Assembly: GCA_046563655.1 (NCBI GenBank)
Contig: CM102285.1
Location: 6,510,001 to 6,574,000, forward strand
Direction of reading: 5' to 3'
Source of the DNA: Yuukianura sp. NJ FZ-2021
Lineage: Eukaryota
DNA length: 64,000 nucleotides
Both the position numbers and the translations under genes were made by a program. This document shows, in pieces, positions 19,968 through 38,054 of the stretch; positions within the stretch are counted from its first letter, which is position 1, and every line of letters starts with the position of its first letter. Below the pieces are notes generated by a model, which worked only from the letters and a program-made list of their open reading frames with translations, ran no database searches and had not been told where the DNA came from.

Positions 19968-20983
19968 TGGTACTACGGATTGTGCTGATAGAGGAATATT
20001 CACAGTTTGAGAGAAACCGAACATAATTCGAATCAAACAATCAAAATGCAGCGCAGATCTAGGCTCCTCTGCTTCTCCGACCGATCATTACCTTTAGCTT
20101 AAGCACTAACTAGTACCTTCCCATTTCCCGAAAAGGTTAAGTCAAAGGTTAAATCTCCTGTAAACTGTTCACTCAATGAATGAATAAAAAACACTAATAA
20201 AAAAAATTCTTTCCCTTCCAGTTCCAGTTCCAAAACAGAACAGACAGTGAATTTGAAGAGAGTAGAGATTTGCGGTTCACTATTCCTGAGAATCCTAGCT
20301 TAGGTTTTAGATGAAATGCTATTCTAAGGATTAGACTCTATTTTCGATTCTTCCTACTCTAAAACCACTTTCTCAATTGATGAAGGTCTTAAATTTTTTG
20401 GGTGATGCGAATCCAGTGATTCTACTGAATCCACTTCTAACTGTACTGTAACTGGTCATTTTTAGCCTCGGGGGATTTCAAACGAAGCTCCTACTCCCCA
20501 CGTCGCGAGTCTTCGTTTTTAATGTGCGTTCCTTCTTTTTTTTGCTATACATAATGTAAAGTTGCAATAATGGCTGACATGCTTCGATTTTGTTTAAAAA
20601 AGCAACCCTAAAAATGCTGGGAACTTAAGATGGTTCATAAAAATCCGAAAGTGTTGCTGAGGTTAACTGAAACTAGAAAATTTTTAAAATGGATAATATC
20701 CCATATGCATCGCACGCTAATTTTTTTGCCCGTTTTTGTCCAGTTACCATGAAGTTAGTTCTCTTAGGTTTAATTTTACAAGGTATAAAAGCATTGAAAA
20801 AAACTAGCGAGAGCCTCGGGAGGACGGTCGCTGTTATTATTCTGGAGAAAGCGAAAAGCCAAAGCGCTCCGAAACCGAACTGTAGAGCCGAAACAACCCG
20901 GGTTCGCACACAGGCGTGAATCCCCATCCCAATTCCCCTCAACTTCATAAGCAAGCTACAGCACCACAAAGTAGTTAGTAAAT

Positions 20984-21937
20984 TATGGAGGGAGTTCGGT
21001 GTCAAAATTATTTTAAAGTTTCGCGCGTTAAAACATGTTCCGCCAATTAAAAACTAACGTTTTCGCGTATTACTTTAATGCGCGAAAACTTTTTTTAATT
21101 GCAGTAATTTTAAATTGCAGAAAAATTTTAAACGGGAAAAAGTCTAAGCGTACGTTAACGGAACGTACGCTTAGGAAACGTACGCTTAGGGAACGTACGC
21201 TTAGAAAACTTACGCTTAGAATGCATGTCCAATAGAAATCACATTACCAGAACTGATCAGAATTAGTATTCTGTAAATTATTATTTATTGTCTACTATTA
21301 TTTATTACCTATTGTAAACTATAAAACACTTCATTTCTCATATGCTTTGTAAGGTTTTCAAAAATGTGTAGCCCCATACAGTGTTGCTGGATATCCAGTT
21401 TTTTGACATTGCGTCCACGGCTGGATATCCACATGAAGAAATGGACGAATCCAGAGGGGTGGAGCTTTGCCCGCGGGGTTTGAAATACTTAAATCCAAAA
21501 AACTTAAGGAATTCAAAATACCGTACAAAAACCAAGGAAATGTCGTTTTTGTAAGAGTTTTAAATAAATGCTTAATTTTAGCAATAAAAGAAACCCTTTT
21601 AAAATAAAATAAAAGAAAAAGATCCAATAACAATAAATAATAATTTACAGAATACTAATTCTGATCAGTTCTGGTAATGTGATTTCTATTGGACATGCAT
21701 TCTAAGCGTAAGTTTTCTAAGCGTACGTTCCCTAAGCGTACGTTTCCTAAGCGTACGTTCCGTTAACGTACGCTTAGACTTTTTCCCGTTTAAAATTTTT
21801 CTGCAATTTAAAATTACTGCAATTAAAAAAAGTTTTCGCGCATTAAAGTAATACGCGAAAACGTTAGTTTTTAATTGGCGGAACATGTTTTAACGCGCGA
21901 AACTTTAAAATAATTTTGACACCGAACTCCCTCCATA
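20984..21937. mobile_element. Foldback element (~300-bp apparently identical arms) between the CNOT10 and ICA69 5' ends
   Basis: TATGGAGGGAGTTCGGTGTC...GACACCGAACTCCCTCCATA with flanking direct repeat (ta)GTAAAT. Identical mirror ORFs at 21035-21235 and 21686-21886. Arms contain 15-bp aacgtacgcttag(g/a) repeats. Confidence 0.9.
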
Positions 21938-22929
21938 GTAAATAGGTATGTTGACTCGATTGGCTTCGTAAATATTTGCTGAAGTCCATATACTTTTTAC
22001 CAAACAGAAAGACTCAACGCCGTCGCAGTAACCTTCTGAGATTTCCTGTCCTTAACACTACGTACTATGACTAACCTTATATGAGAAGAACACCATGATC
22101 ATGAAGTGAATTATGGAAACAAGAAGAAAGGTTGCGGTTTGGATCCAAACCACTTGCGACTTGTTACTAGAAGAAAGTAAAGGCAGAACGGACTGGAGCA
22201 CAGTGGTCGGATTCTGAAAAAAAAAGTTCGGTCGTTTTTTGAAACAAACAAAAACCACAATGTTACCGTTGACAACCGAGTCGGTTGAAAGAATGAAACA
22301 GCGAACAATGTACCACATGGTTTCTTTTAAACATTTAGCACGTGATTAACTAAAATTAACCAAAACGAAATTAACTAAGGTTTCTTCTCTTTGGTGGCAG
22401 AGTCTAGAATTGCTAATTTCTTAATGTGGTGAAGCCAAATCGCATTATATATCATCAAGTTATGAATGCGAAATCACAAACTCGCAACTTATGATTACTG
22501 CAACCAAGAAAATAAACAGGAATTTAGCAATACTTTGGATAAGCCGTGTGCCACAATTAAGCATTTTCCGGTGATTTCCGCAAGAAAATGTTGAAGACTA
22601 AGCCCTCCAGAACGCTAATCACTATTGGGTTTGTCATTAGAGGGTGAGGCATTTTGAGGCAAAAATTAATTCTACACCTCAATTTTTGGGTCAAAATGAC
22701 ACTGATAAATTAGTTTGTTTACAAAATTTGTTCGATTCCCTGAGAACCGAAAAATAAAATAAACAACCACTGTGTGGAGCAGCAGTTGAGTTGAGCTGCT
22801 TCCATTCTGGATTGGCAGACACAGCTGTTCACAATTCACAAATCTTCATCACTCTTAACAATGGCGTGGTTATAAAAACAATTCATCAATTCCACTCACT
22901 TATTCTGCGAATTTCCAAAGAAGAAAGCC

Positions 22930-27252
<4,323 letters not shown>

Positions 27253-28268
27253 TCTTCAATGCCAAAATGCCTTTCCTTGTGTATCAATATTCGTAATTTT
27301 AAAATGTCACACCAATATTCTTTGTAACCTAATAAAAGAATCCACAAAACGAACTTGAACCAAAACTTAGTCGTCGTTGTAATCTCGGTCAATGGATTAT
27401 TAAAGCGAAGTTTTTATGATAGGAGCGGTTTGTATTTCTGTATTTCCGTCTGTCTGTTCGAAATTATTAGATAGTTCGGGAAACGCTAACGGTAGTACTT
27501 TTGTACGGTAGAATAACCACAGCCTTCGGCTTCTGCGATTTTATGGGCTGTAAACATTTGATTTCTGTACGCGCTTGAAAATTTCAGTCACGACTATCGG
27601 GGTGGGACATATTTTCTGGTCTAGACACGCCAATCAGAAATCCTTCACTAAAAGTGGAATACAACGTGCCGCTCATCAACTCCTAAGCTGTAGCTAATTC
27701 AAAAGAGTCGACATAATTACTGACATTTTTTGTAGCGGGCCCCGATCAACACACTTAACGGCGATGTGAATGAAATAAATGCACATGCGCCGGGATTGTG
27801 CAGTAAAACAGGGCAGTGATAATCGGATAACATTAAACGCATCGGAAGTGTACAGTAATTTTAATCAGTTAGCGTATAATATCGAAAATGCAGCAAAGGC
27901 GTACCGGACTTTTAGTGGCTGGAATTATTCCAACTCTACCGAACATAAAATGTACACAAAAAATAGCTCTCAGCCTTTACTAATTTTTATGTGCATCGCC
28001 GGCACGGTCTTGGAATAGTAGTTTCATTATCTGAATATTGCGTCATCTAGTGTGTGTTGCCGGTGCTGAGAATAGATGTACATTCTGTTCCGTTATAGTT
28101 TCTACTGTCTTGTTACCGATGTTGTTTCGGATTTCACGTCCCGCCTTTTTCAGCACAAAAACATTGTGTTAACAGTTGCTCCAGTTCCTCTTTAGTTTCG
28201 GTTTTGTTGAAGACATTTTGGTTTTCCGTTCAGTATCCATCATGCAGGGAAGATATAACGGCTTAAAA

Positions 28269-29006
28269 ATGAAAAAGTTCGCAGTAGTCTATTTTGCAAA
28301 GGAGAAACAGTACACCCCGTGATACCATCCACTTGGTTAGTGGAAGGTGGAGGACAGTGTCGCTGGCCATGAAAGAAAACTAAACATAAGTCTAAACTCC
28401 AAAGTGATCATAATTCCGTCCCTGATGACACCTTCACCGTTGTTGACTGCAAACTGATTAAATCGTATGGTAAGCTCTCTTTTCAATCACAAGCTCTTTT
28501 GTGTTCCACGTTACTTGTGTTTAAGGAGGTCTATTGCTATTTTTGCGCTAAATTGTTTTAAATCACTTTTAGAACATTACGAAAATGCCTTCAATCGTTC
28601 TGAGGAGTTGAGATCCAGCGGTACACTCCAATTGGAAAGTAGTGACCCAGAACAAGGGCATCGATCGTCGACGTCAACTGCAGAGGAAGTGGAGTTGACT
28701 GTACCAGAATCGTTTGCGGCTCTCATTCCAACTGTATCCCAAAATCCTTCAAATGTAGAAGTCACTCGAGAGGAATTTGAGGAAGTTAGATGTAAATATT
28801 GTAGCTATTATTCCTTCCTGAAGTTATACACGTTGTTTAAGTTACTAAATGTTTTATCCTTAGCTACTGACCAGAACAACTTCATATTAGCATCCACTGG
28901 CGCACTACAGATTGTCAAATCCGAGATTCAATCATCGTTGCTCAATTACTGTTCTGTAACCGAGGGTCAAATTTTGGATTTACGAAACGAGCTCCAGAGT
29001 AAGTGA
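28269..29006 (+). pseudogene. Degenerate transposon accessory gene (N-terminus of the type found in DUF4806-associated proteins)
   Basis: MKKFAVVYFAKEK..(frameshift)IPSTWLVEGGGQCRWP*..., GT-AG intron ~28470-28572, then EHYENAFNRSEEL. The V.F...P..W.....C.WP pattern is typical of such accessory ORFs. Confidence 0.55.
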
Positions 29007-29417
29007 AGTAATTTAATCGCTGTACTTAGAACTTTATCATACAGGGCGATCAAAAAATTTAGCGGGTCCCCGCCCCTATTCCCCCCCTCTCTTTTTGAAA
29101 TTTCCGCGAAAATCTGGGAGTTGTGCCGAGTTATGCGCAACGAAGTCCAAAACTCCAATGTAATTCCCGAATTATCTGAAAAAATACAACAAACTGATTA
29201 ATGCCTACCCCTGATGGGGGATCAGGCTAGGGCGGAAGGCGTTTAAAATAGTGCCTGATCCCCTGCGACTGATCGCGTAGTATCTGTTCATTTAAAATTA
29301 GAAACAGCTGGAAAATAATTGTAAGACATATTAAACAAAAGTAGGCATAGCGAAGTACCGACCCCGTAAAAAATGAGTTACCTTTAGAAAATTTCAGGAA
29401 ATAAGAAACAGTTTTAT

Positions 29418-31575
29418 TTACATAAGATGTTCGAAAATATTTCCGTTCTCCTGGAGGCAAAGTTGAATACGTTTAAGGAAGTTGGCCCTCACATTTTGCA
29501 ACATCTCAGCAGTGACAGTATTAGTATAAAAATTTTCTACCCTGGTCTTTAAGGCTAAGGGTGTGGCTGCAACTGGAGGCAGAAAAACGATGTGTCTCAT
29601 GAAGCCCCAAGAAAAGTAGTCCATTGGATTGTAATCAGGACTTCGTGGTGGCCAGTGGATTGGACCTCCCCGGCCGATCCAACGCCCGGGAAAGTTGAGG
29701 TTTAGCCAGTCCTATTGGATAAATTAAAATGGTTATGAGTTTAGTGTTAAAATAGTGTCAACGTCCAACTAACCCGAGCAATTTTAGTCTTCTGAACGTG
29801 CTGAAGAAGACTATTGATACGACTTTGTCTGTCTGTCTGTCCGTCCGTCTGTCTGTCACGTTTTTTAGAATCCTTTCCACTGAAACATTAGCCCCATCGC
29901 AGTCGGGGGGTTATCTATAGCTCAAGTTTTTTCATTACCTCTACATTGCACTCAAACTCGTACATTAACAACGTAGAAGCAGGCGGCTACTTTACGTACC
30001 CGCAGTATCGTGGCTCCGCAAAACTGTTTTGGTTTCGATTGCACTCAAAATATTTATAAACAACGGAGTTTTGATCTGGTCATTTTCTGGCAGTATGTTT
30101 AATTACGTTGTTAAATTAACACTGATCAGAGGGTAGAAAATCCGGCTTAAATGTTTAGCATGTGAATAGTGAATAACAGGGGTCAAAGTTGCACTACTAG
30201 AAATTTTTATAATTTCGAATTTCACAAGCGATATCCGACACCTCGAGCCAGCGTTCATTTTTGTGCATGATGCACACTCATGACCAACATGAATACATAA
30301 ACGTTGACTTGTGCATTTACGTGAACCAATTTTGATTTAGAAGAAAGTATATCCGACATCCTCCTTAGCGTTCAATTTTGTGCATGATGCACAAAGCTAA
30401 ATTTCGATATCATTATTTTGACGCTGTTAGGTTCACGCTCTTTTCGCTATTCGCTAATACTACATTTCCATGGCAACACAGAAAATACATTCTTGTGCAT
30501 CTTGCTCAACGAATTAATGACATCAATTTAGTGCAAATATTTTGGGGCTCAAAACTCGAACATGATTTTAGTGCATTTAAATGGTAGCATTGCCAAACCA
30601 GTTTTGGTGCAACGCATGCAAAAAGTAAAACCTCACATTCGCGCTGAAAACGAGCCGCGGTTTGGTACATTCGCTACATGAAAACGGTTTCTCAGTTTTT
30701 CTACAGTGTTGACGCAGGTCGGTTTAAGTCGCATCAATTGCCAACTCCCTCCAGAAGACCAATGCTCAACCCTTGAGCATCGCCCTACCTTGTTTGAAAA
30801 ATGAGCCGGGGCCCCGTCGTGCTGGTACCATAAGTCATGCAGTTGGAGTCCTTGCTGAGCAGCAGCTACACGGATTTCAGGAATGGCATTGTTCAGAATA
30901 TCCACATAATCTTGACCAGTCAAATTTCCGTCAAAGAAGTAGGGTCCGATCACAACGTCGCCAAGCAGTCCACACCAAATGTTCACTTTTGGGGCCCCTT
31001 GCATGCGAGTTCCAACGACCCAATTTGGATTTTCTTTGGAGAGATAACGAAAATTCTGCTTATTGAAAGTGTCGTTCAGGAAAATTGTTGCTTCGTCAGT
31101 CCAAAGAATCTTCCTCAGAAAGTTCGGGTCGTTGTTAATCTGGGCAAGCATAGCATTCGCAAAAACGACACGAGTGGCATGGTCTTGTGGCAATAGTTTC
31201 TGCCCAACTTGAAGTTTGTATGATCTGTAGTTGTGAGCCTTTAGGACTTTGCGGACGCTGCTATACGCAAACCCAGAATCCCGGCCAAGTTGTTTGTATG
31301 AAATGTGGGGGTTAGCAGCGACAGCAGCCAGGAGCCCTGGGACAGAATTCTCGTCTGAAACAGTCTTCCGCCTGCCAGTCCTTTTCCTATCCTTAACGTC
31401 CCCGGTTTGTCTGAACTTTGCAACGATCTTTGGAATGTCGTCAGGCCGTGTCATGGGGTGTGTTAATGCAACAGGATCCGCATTATAGCGCTCCATGACG
31501 TAAACCAGGCTCCGGTCCTTGTGCTCTAGCCTAAGTTCAACAATTCGGGTCCGCTGCTCGGGTGTGTATGGAACT
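29418..31575 (-). pseudogene. DD41D transposase, intron-containing, disrupted by a HINE insertion
   Basis: HTH N-terminus (YTPEQRTRIVEL), WTDEA, QHDGAPAHFS | IAR | DWLNLNFPGRWIGRGGPIHWPPRSPDYNPMD. Removing the HINE and a 62-bp intron (29712-29773) gives 41 residues between the 2nd and 3rd Asp. No ATG at the expected start. Confidence 0.85.
29784..30793 (+). mobile_element. HINE / DINE-1-like non-autonomous Helentron, copy 1
   Basis: Inserted in a T-run with no TSD. 5' subTIR tagtcttctg, GTCY microsatellite, 3' ctccagaagac and hairpin GCTCAAcccTTGAGC. Homologous to copies at 60.7 and 62.3 kb. Confidence 0.85.
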
Positions 31576-31612
31576 CGTTGTTTATTTATTCTGGGCCAAA
31601 GAAGTTTAAAAA

Positions 31613-31955
31613 AATTCAAATTCAGGTACTTTAAATCAGAAATCTCATTACACCCCATATTAAGTCAAATTCAGGTACTTTACATCAGAAATCTCATTAT
31701 ACCCCAGGTTAAGTCAAATTCAGGTACGTTACATCAGAAATCTCACTATACCCCATGTTAAGTCAAATTCAGGTACTTTACTTCAGAAATCTCATTATAC
31801 CCCATGTTAAGTCAAATTCAGGTACTTTACTTCAGAAATCTCATTATACCCCATGTTAAGTCAAATTCAGGTACTTTAAATCAGAAATCAGACAGACGGA
31901 CAGACAGACGGACAGACAGACGGACAGACAGACGGACAAACAGACGGACAGACCG
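31613..31955. repeat. 49-bp minisatellite (~5.6 copies) followed by a (GACG GACA)n microsatellite
   Basis: Unit ttaagtcaaattcaggtactttac(a/t)tcagaaatctcattataccccatg starts at 31660, 31709, 31758, etc. The adjacent GTCY-type microsatellite suggests a second HINE-like family (inference). Confidence 0.9.
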
Positions 31956-33099
31956 ACAAAACCAATACAAGCATGATCAGTTTACCTAACCTAACGATTC
32001 TTTTTTGTCATTCATGAAACCGAAATCCGGAAATCGCCGAAAAACATCATCATATCACCATTAACTTTTTTTTCAATAACGAAACGATCTTAAAATAATT
32101 CTGGCCTTTTAAGTTGACCTTTCCTTTCAGTTTCTCCGTTCAGGTTACCCTGTTCTTCTCCTTGACGGGAATTCAGTTGATTCTTCACGTAGTGTCAGGT
32201 GAGATGCAACTAATTAACTTCATTAAAACTGAAAACTATTCGTTATAATCAAAAATTAACTTGACTCGTTACAACAGATCCAAAAGAGTAAACAGTTTTA
32301 GGCGGGATATAAAAACAACGCGCAATTTCGAGCAGGGTTCGTCACTTTAGGACCCCAGTGGCAAAAGCTTACCACCCAAATCCCGCTAAATTTTTCGATC
32401 GCCCTGTAGTGTCACAAGAAGATTTGCAAGAATTTTGATTGTTTGATCAATTTTGTGAATATTATATCAGTTAAACTTATTCTGTTAATAAAATTATCGT
32501 ATTATTGAAAATGAATGTGCATTATGGTTTTGTTTATTGTGCATTTTCTGTACTGGAGTCATACGTAGATTACACTTATAGGCAATGCATTTATTGTACA
32601 TATATCATAACGTAAAAATAGTTGCTGTGGTTCACGAAAAACCTGCACAGTTTCAACGCTCAAAATAGGTGCACGATTTGTGCACCGTAGAATGGGGCGT
32701 TTATGAACCGAGCCGTGACTACTTTTCAGTTAGCGTTTATTCACATTGCCGTTACGCTCCTGTTGACCGGGGGATAGCCGCATTTAGAATAAACTCAGCC
32801 TCCGGCTTCTGCGATTTTTGTGCTTTAAACATTTGATTTCTGCACGCGCTTGAAAATTTAAGTCACGACTAGCGGAGTGGGACATATTCCCTGGTCTATA
32901 GGCCTATCAGAAATTCTTCACTAAAAGTGGAATACAACGTGCCACTCACCAACGCCTAGGCTCCAGTTAATTAAAAAAGTCGACATAGTTACTGAAATTT
33001 TTCGAACATTGTGTAGCAGGAAAGCCGCATTTAGCATAACCTCAGCCTTCAGCTTCTGCGATTTAGTAGGGAGTAATTACGAGTGTTAATTATTTTTTG

Positions 33100-33785
33100 G
33101 GGAATTTCGAACAAAAGGATATGGTCCAAACTCCATAAGAAAGTTGTCCCGGTGGTATTCAAATGACATTTTTACCAGTTGTTACGGTCAATACAATGAA
33201 GTCCAGTCTACACAATCAAGCACAACAACTAGAAAGAAAACTCACGTCGCAAACCTAAACCGAAAAATTCATCCTCAATCCTTCAAAGCAAGTGGTTTCC
33301 GTAAGTGGATGGAGACGAAAGAAGATGTCCGACGTCTTACCAATCCGACGGCACTAAAAATGAAACTTAAGGACCATTTTCTGGAAGCCCAACATAAAGA
33401 ACTCGAACGCCGAATTGAGGTAGACGAAGAAGAGTAGCAATTGAACATACTTATTGCAATATAGCTATTTTATAAATGAAAGATTTAAAAATAATAATAA
33501 TAATAATTATAATTACAATTAAGCCACCCTAAATCATAAATCTTAAATTTTTAATTTTAAAGTAACGATTAGAGCATTTTTTAAAAAAAAAATTAATTCT
33601 TAGAAAAGTCACTTCTCAACAATAATCCTAGTAACTATTAACATACATAACGTTCTTTAAATTACAACTGCTACATTTACACTAAACATATTTGCTAATA
33701 TTAATTACACACCATTAAAACTATCTTTAGTACTTATTCTGAAAAGCCTGCCAGAAACAGGAGAATAAATGAAATGAAATGAAAT
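33100..33785 (+). mobile_element. 3' fragment of a CR1/L2-like LINE
   Basis: ORF 33144-33437 (TRKK..SFKASGFRKW..LKMKLKDHFL) resembles a LINE ORF2 C-terminus. Ends in aataaa(tgaaa)3 tail. Confidence 0.6.
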
Positions 33786-36700
33786 ATCCTTTTCATGGTT
33801 AACATCAAAACATGGTTAGAATTAGAAACTCCAACACAAACATTTGCGCTGAAAGTGACGTTTCTTTAAGAGGTTTTTTTTTGATTGATTCGTTTGAATT
33901 TAAATTTGAATTTTATTTGACCAAATGGTGCCCTGTTGACAGGTGATTATACCATGGCGTCTTATGTGATAGTGCCTATTTGATATGAAAAGTTATATGA
34001 GTTTTAAGTGTAGACAATGAATTAAAAATCACGAAGTTAGGTGAATTAAAAGTATGTTAAAGTATTTAATTAGAATTAAAGGTTTTAAGATTGAAATCGA
34101 AGTAAGTTGGAGTTTAAAATATTTAAAGTCGTAACTTAAAGTTAAAGTTTAAAACAATCATGAAGAGTCACAGTCACTGGAATATTGATCCGAATCGTCA
34201 TGAGGTTTTGAAGAACTCGATTGTAGTTGCAGATTTGAAAAGAAAGTTGTCAGAGTACCCCTAATTGTGGGTTTAGGGTGTGTTACTAGTAGTTTATGTT
34301 CTTCGGATAGTGAGTTTAAGATTTTTGACACCGCTGCGATGAACGACTTAGGATGATATTTACGGTTATGGACAATATACGTTCCACTTCTTGTTGAGGT
34401 AGTGTTTTCTGAATAAGACCCGATTTCATTTGGCATGGAACTGAAATACGGGATATTGTGTTCAATAATTGAGGAATAGATGAGTAGGTGATCCATGGGC
34501 TTAAATATTGAGGTAAAAGCCAATTTAACTCTTGCACCGACGAATTGACACTTTCACGTTTTTTTAATCCGAATATGTAACGGATACATCCTCGAAATGC
34601 TTTGTTGACATAGTTGAATTTGTAGTGCTTCGTTTTTGACAAAAATTACTATTAAGTGGCGTATTACTGGATAGATGTAGGCGCTGATCATTAGTTTTCT
34701 GTTCTTGAGCGATAATAGGTGTTGAATTGGATGAAGAGACTACAGTATTTTGTTACATTTTTTAACAACACTGGTTATGTTCTCAGTCCATGAAAGAGTG
34801 TTGTCCAGTATCAAGCCGAGTGTTTTAAAAGAATCGTTTATTTATATTTTTCGATTAATCTTTCTATTACATATTATTAAGACCCCCACTAATGGTTTTA
34901 CATCTTAATAACTAATAACCTATTAGTTGCAATTAAGGTTAAAATTCCACGTAAAATTAATTTTTGTATTGGTAACTTACATTATGCTCCTCTAATAAGT
35001 ATTTTGTAAATAATGCTACACACAGCAAAACTATGTTAAACTTACTTTATCCGATTTCAATTCAACTTATGCTTGGTTTCACCAAATTGAGCATTGGGAG
35101 TGTATCCTTTCTTTTGTGACCCCTTCGCAGCCAAAGTGCTGGGAGTCTCGCTCAGCAGTCACAAAAGAAAGGTGGCAAAAAATATACACAGGTGGCATAT
35201 ATTTTTGAAACGGAGCATAATTCAAGTGACTGCTTATCTAAAAGTGCTTTCTTCAATTTTAATTAAAAACTTAAGTGCTAGCCTCCCTAATTTTAGCATC
35301 TAGATTATTCAATAGCATAAGAGATCTTGAGTGGAATGTTGAAATACCATATTTTCCTTGACAAGTAACCACAAATTGACTTTTTGCTAATGAGGTAGGG
35401 TATTTATGTATATCATTCCTTTGCTTATAATAGCTCTCCAATGGTTGAATGTGTTTCCCTGTTACTATTTTATGTGAGACACAGGACTTTGAACTCATAC
35501 ACAGCACATACCAAAAAACTGCTCGTGAAGTTGACTTGAAGATTCACACATAAAAACTCTATTGTACATGAAATTATTTTTGCTTAGTTCAAAGTCCCAT
35601 GTTTTAAAATTGTTTTTAAAAAGGATCCCTACTACTCCTCCAGTCCCATCCCTATCTTTCCTTGCAAGTAAGTAACCCCTAGGAACTAGACTTTCCGATT
35701 TCTTTCTTAACCATGTTTCTGTTGCGACTAGTATACATAGCTCCTCAGCTTGGAAAATAACCTCTACATGTTTCATTTTGTTATAAATAGCTCTTACGTT
35801 GTGGTTTCCTATGTTAATATTCTTGATTCCGCAGTTTTTGATATCATGTAATCAGATTTCCATGACCTCCGATGACCTCCCATCCCATGCTTCTGTTCTT
35901 CCTTGAAGATTTGATGCTGTTGCTGCTGCATAGCTTCTCCTTTCAGTGGTAGACTCCGTGATTTCCCGTTCCAATTGAATCAATGCTCCAACAGTTGACA
36001 TAGTAAAAGGAACTCCGTTGATGATGACCTTGTCTCCTGCTAACCTTGCATTTTTCCCGGTTACTCTAGCCTTTGCTGCCTCGACACATAGAAATTTTCG
36101 TCTAGCCAAAGTGTTTGGTGGTAAGTCTTCATTCAAGTAGATACTGCATTTCTTTTGCGGTTGAATTGATCTCTTTTGAAGTATTTTGACCCGATCAGTT
36201 TCGGTAAAGAGTTTGAACTTAATAGTGCGATTTTTGTCTTTCAATTTTTTTCCCAAACAAAAACACTGATCAATGTTTATCTCTTCCTGTTCGCTGACCT
36301 CCGTGACCTCAGATGAGAATTGTGGGAGAGCAAGTGAATTGTGGTGAAGCCACAGAAAAGTCAGGACATCGAGTTTTGCGTTATTTTGTTTATTGAATGT
36401 TTAGTAAGAATAGGAAAGAAGACGGCCACAAGAATGAATGAAGACTGAGAATTGAATGAGCTTACTGAACTGAGCTTATGTGACTGTATGTCACTAGTAT
36501 TTATAACCTACGAAGACTTGTAAAAAGAAATGAGTATTCCTAGCCTTATAGAAAGGTAAAAAGAGCAGAATGAGAACACCAAATGTAAATTAGTGTGAGT
36601 AACTTAGAAGTTGAGAAAAGGAAGAAACGAGTGTTTCTAATCCCTGTGACTAAACTAAAAATAGCCTTATTCTAAGAAATGAAATGCATGTAAAGTGAAA

Positions 36701-38054
36701 CTAAAATTAGCCTAAAATCATGAACTGTCGGTTTACCCGCCAACATGCCGCCACCCCTGACACGATCGTGTCGGAAAAATACGTAATACGTTGGTAAGGA
36801 CTACCAAGTTCTCGGCCAAAGTCACTCTTACTGCAGATCGGATGGGTCATACGGGCAGTGCGAAACGTCACCCTCGTCCTCCGTCACAACTAAAAGGAGA
36901 CCCAATTTGCGTGACCTCCTACAGCTCAAGCGACTCTAACCAAAGGGCCTCGGCAAACCGCTTACAAATGTGTGGGAAACTCTTTGACATCCTGGTTGAT
37001 AAATCGATCAGTCAAGTTAAAATTATAAATTAAATGTATCAAAAATTAAAGTAAATCTTAACTAAAATGAAAAGATGACTTAACTTAAATTAGCCTTAAA
37101 TTAAGATAAATTAAAAATTAAAATGAATTAAAATTAAAGTAAAATACACACTTAAGTTGAAGATAACTCGTCGTTGGATAAACGTGGGACAACTTTGACA
37201 ATTGGGCGTTGGAGTTCTCCGAGGGCCGTACGAAGAGTGACGACTCAGACTAGTCCGTCTGGACCAGGGTGAATGTTGATGACGCGAGCCAGTTTCCACT
37301 TTAGAGGGGGTGAATTGTCACCTTTGATGGCCACGAGGTCTCCGATTGTCAAGTTGTTGTACTTCTTGGTCCACTTGACTCGTTGTTGGAGTTATGTTAG
37401 GTATTCGAGTGACCAGACCTTCCAGAACGTTTGGAATAATTTCTCCTGCAACTGCCAACGTGAGAGGCGGTTGACTTTGACATCAGCATGATCTGGTTGA
37501 GGAGCGGCGAGGAGAGTTCTGCCGATGAGGAAGTGGCCAGGTGTGATCACACCTAAATCGGATGTGTCACTGGACATCGGTAGAAGAGGTCAGGAATTCA
37601 GCGCTGCTTTCGCTTCGCAAAGAATTGTAGCAAATTCCTCAAGCGTTAAAGTGGTGGTCCCAATGATCCTCTTCAAATGAAATTTGACAGAACGTACTAC
37701 TGCCTCCCAAATTCCACCACGATGAGGAGCAGACGAAGGATTGAAATGCCAGTGGGTTTGTGACTCTGCAAAGTAAGAAGAAACTTCTGAGTTGAACTGG
37801 TGAGAGTTCACGAAATCCATCAACTCGTTGTTAGCACCTACAAAATTTGTACCACAATCAGAATATAAATGCAGTGGGTTACCACGACGTGATACAAACC
37901 GTTTGAAAGTCCCGAGGAAGGATTCGGTAGATAGTTCGGTTCCGAACTCCACATGAACGGCTTTCGTAGAGAGGCAGACAAAGATGCAGAAGTAGCCTTT
38001 GAATTGTTTCTGACCTTGTCCTTTGACAGATTGGAGTGTAAATGGACCAGCGTA

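Larger units (their letters stand above)
29042..32406 (-). mobile_element. Tc1/mariner superfamily element, DD41D (rosa/VS) type
   Basis: TA|CAGGGCGATCAAAAAATTTAGCGGG...CCCGCTAAATTTTTCGATCGCCCTG|TA, containing the transposase below. Confidence 0.93.
27740..32771 (+). mobile_element. EnSpm/CACTA-like (CCC-terminal) non-autonomous DNA transposon
   Basis: Imperfect ~32-bp TIRs CCCGATCAACA..TAACGGCGATGTGAAT / ATTCACATTGCCGTTA..TGTTGACCGGG. A 2-bp GG TSD is deduced from the empty site in the neighbouring repeat copy. Superfamily assignment is inference. Confidence 0.7.
27510..33065 (+). repeat. ~250-bp tandem repeat unit (copies ~27510-27739, ~32772-33020, partial ~33020-33065) split by an insertion
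   Basis: cagccttcggcttctgcgatttt...cttcactaaaagtggaatacaacgtgcc...gtcgacata recurs at 27.5 kb and 32.8 kb. The uninterrupted junction tgtagcagg-aaagccgc is at ~33012. Confidence 0.75.

Noticed and set aside
31613..31887. 49-bp repeat array as CRISPR
   Set aside because: Head-to-tail units with no unique spacers, eukaryotic context, no cas genes.
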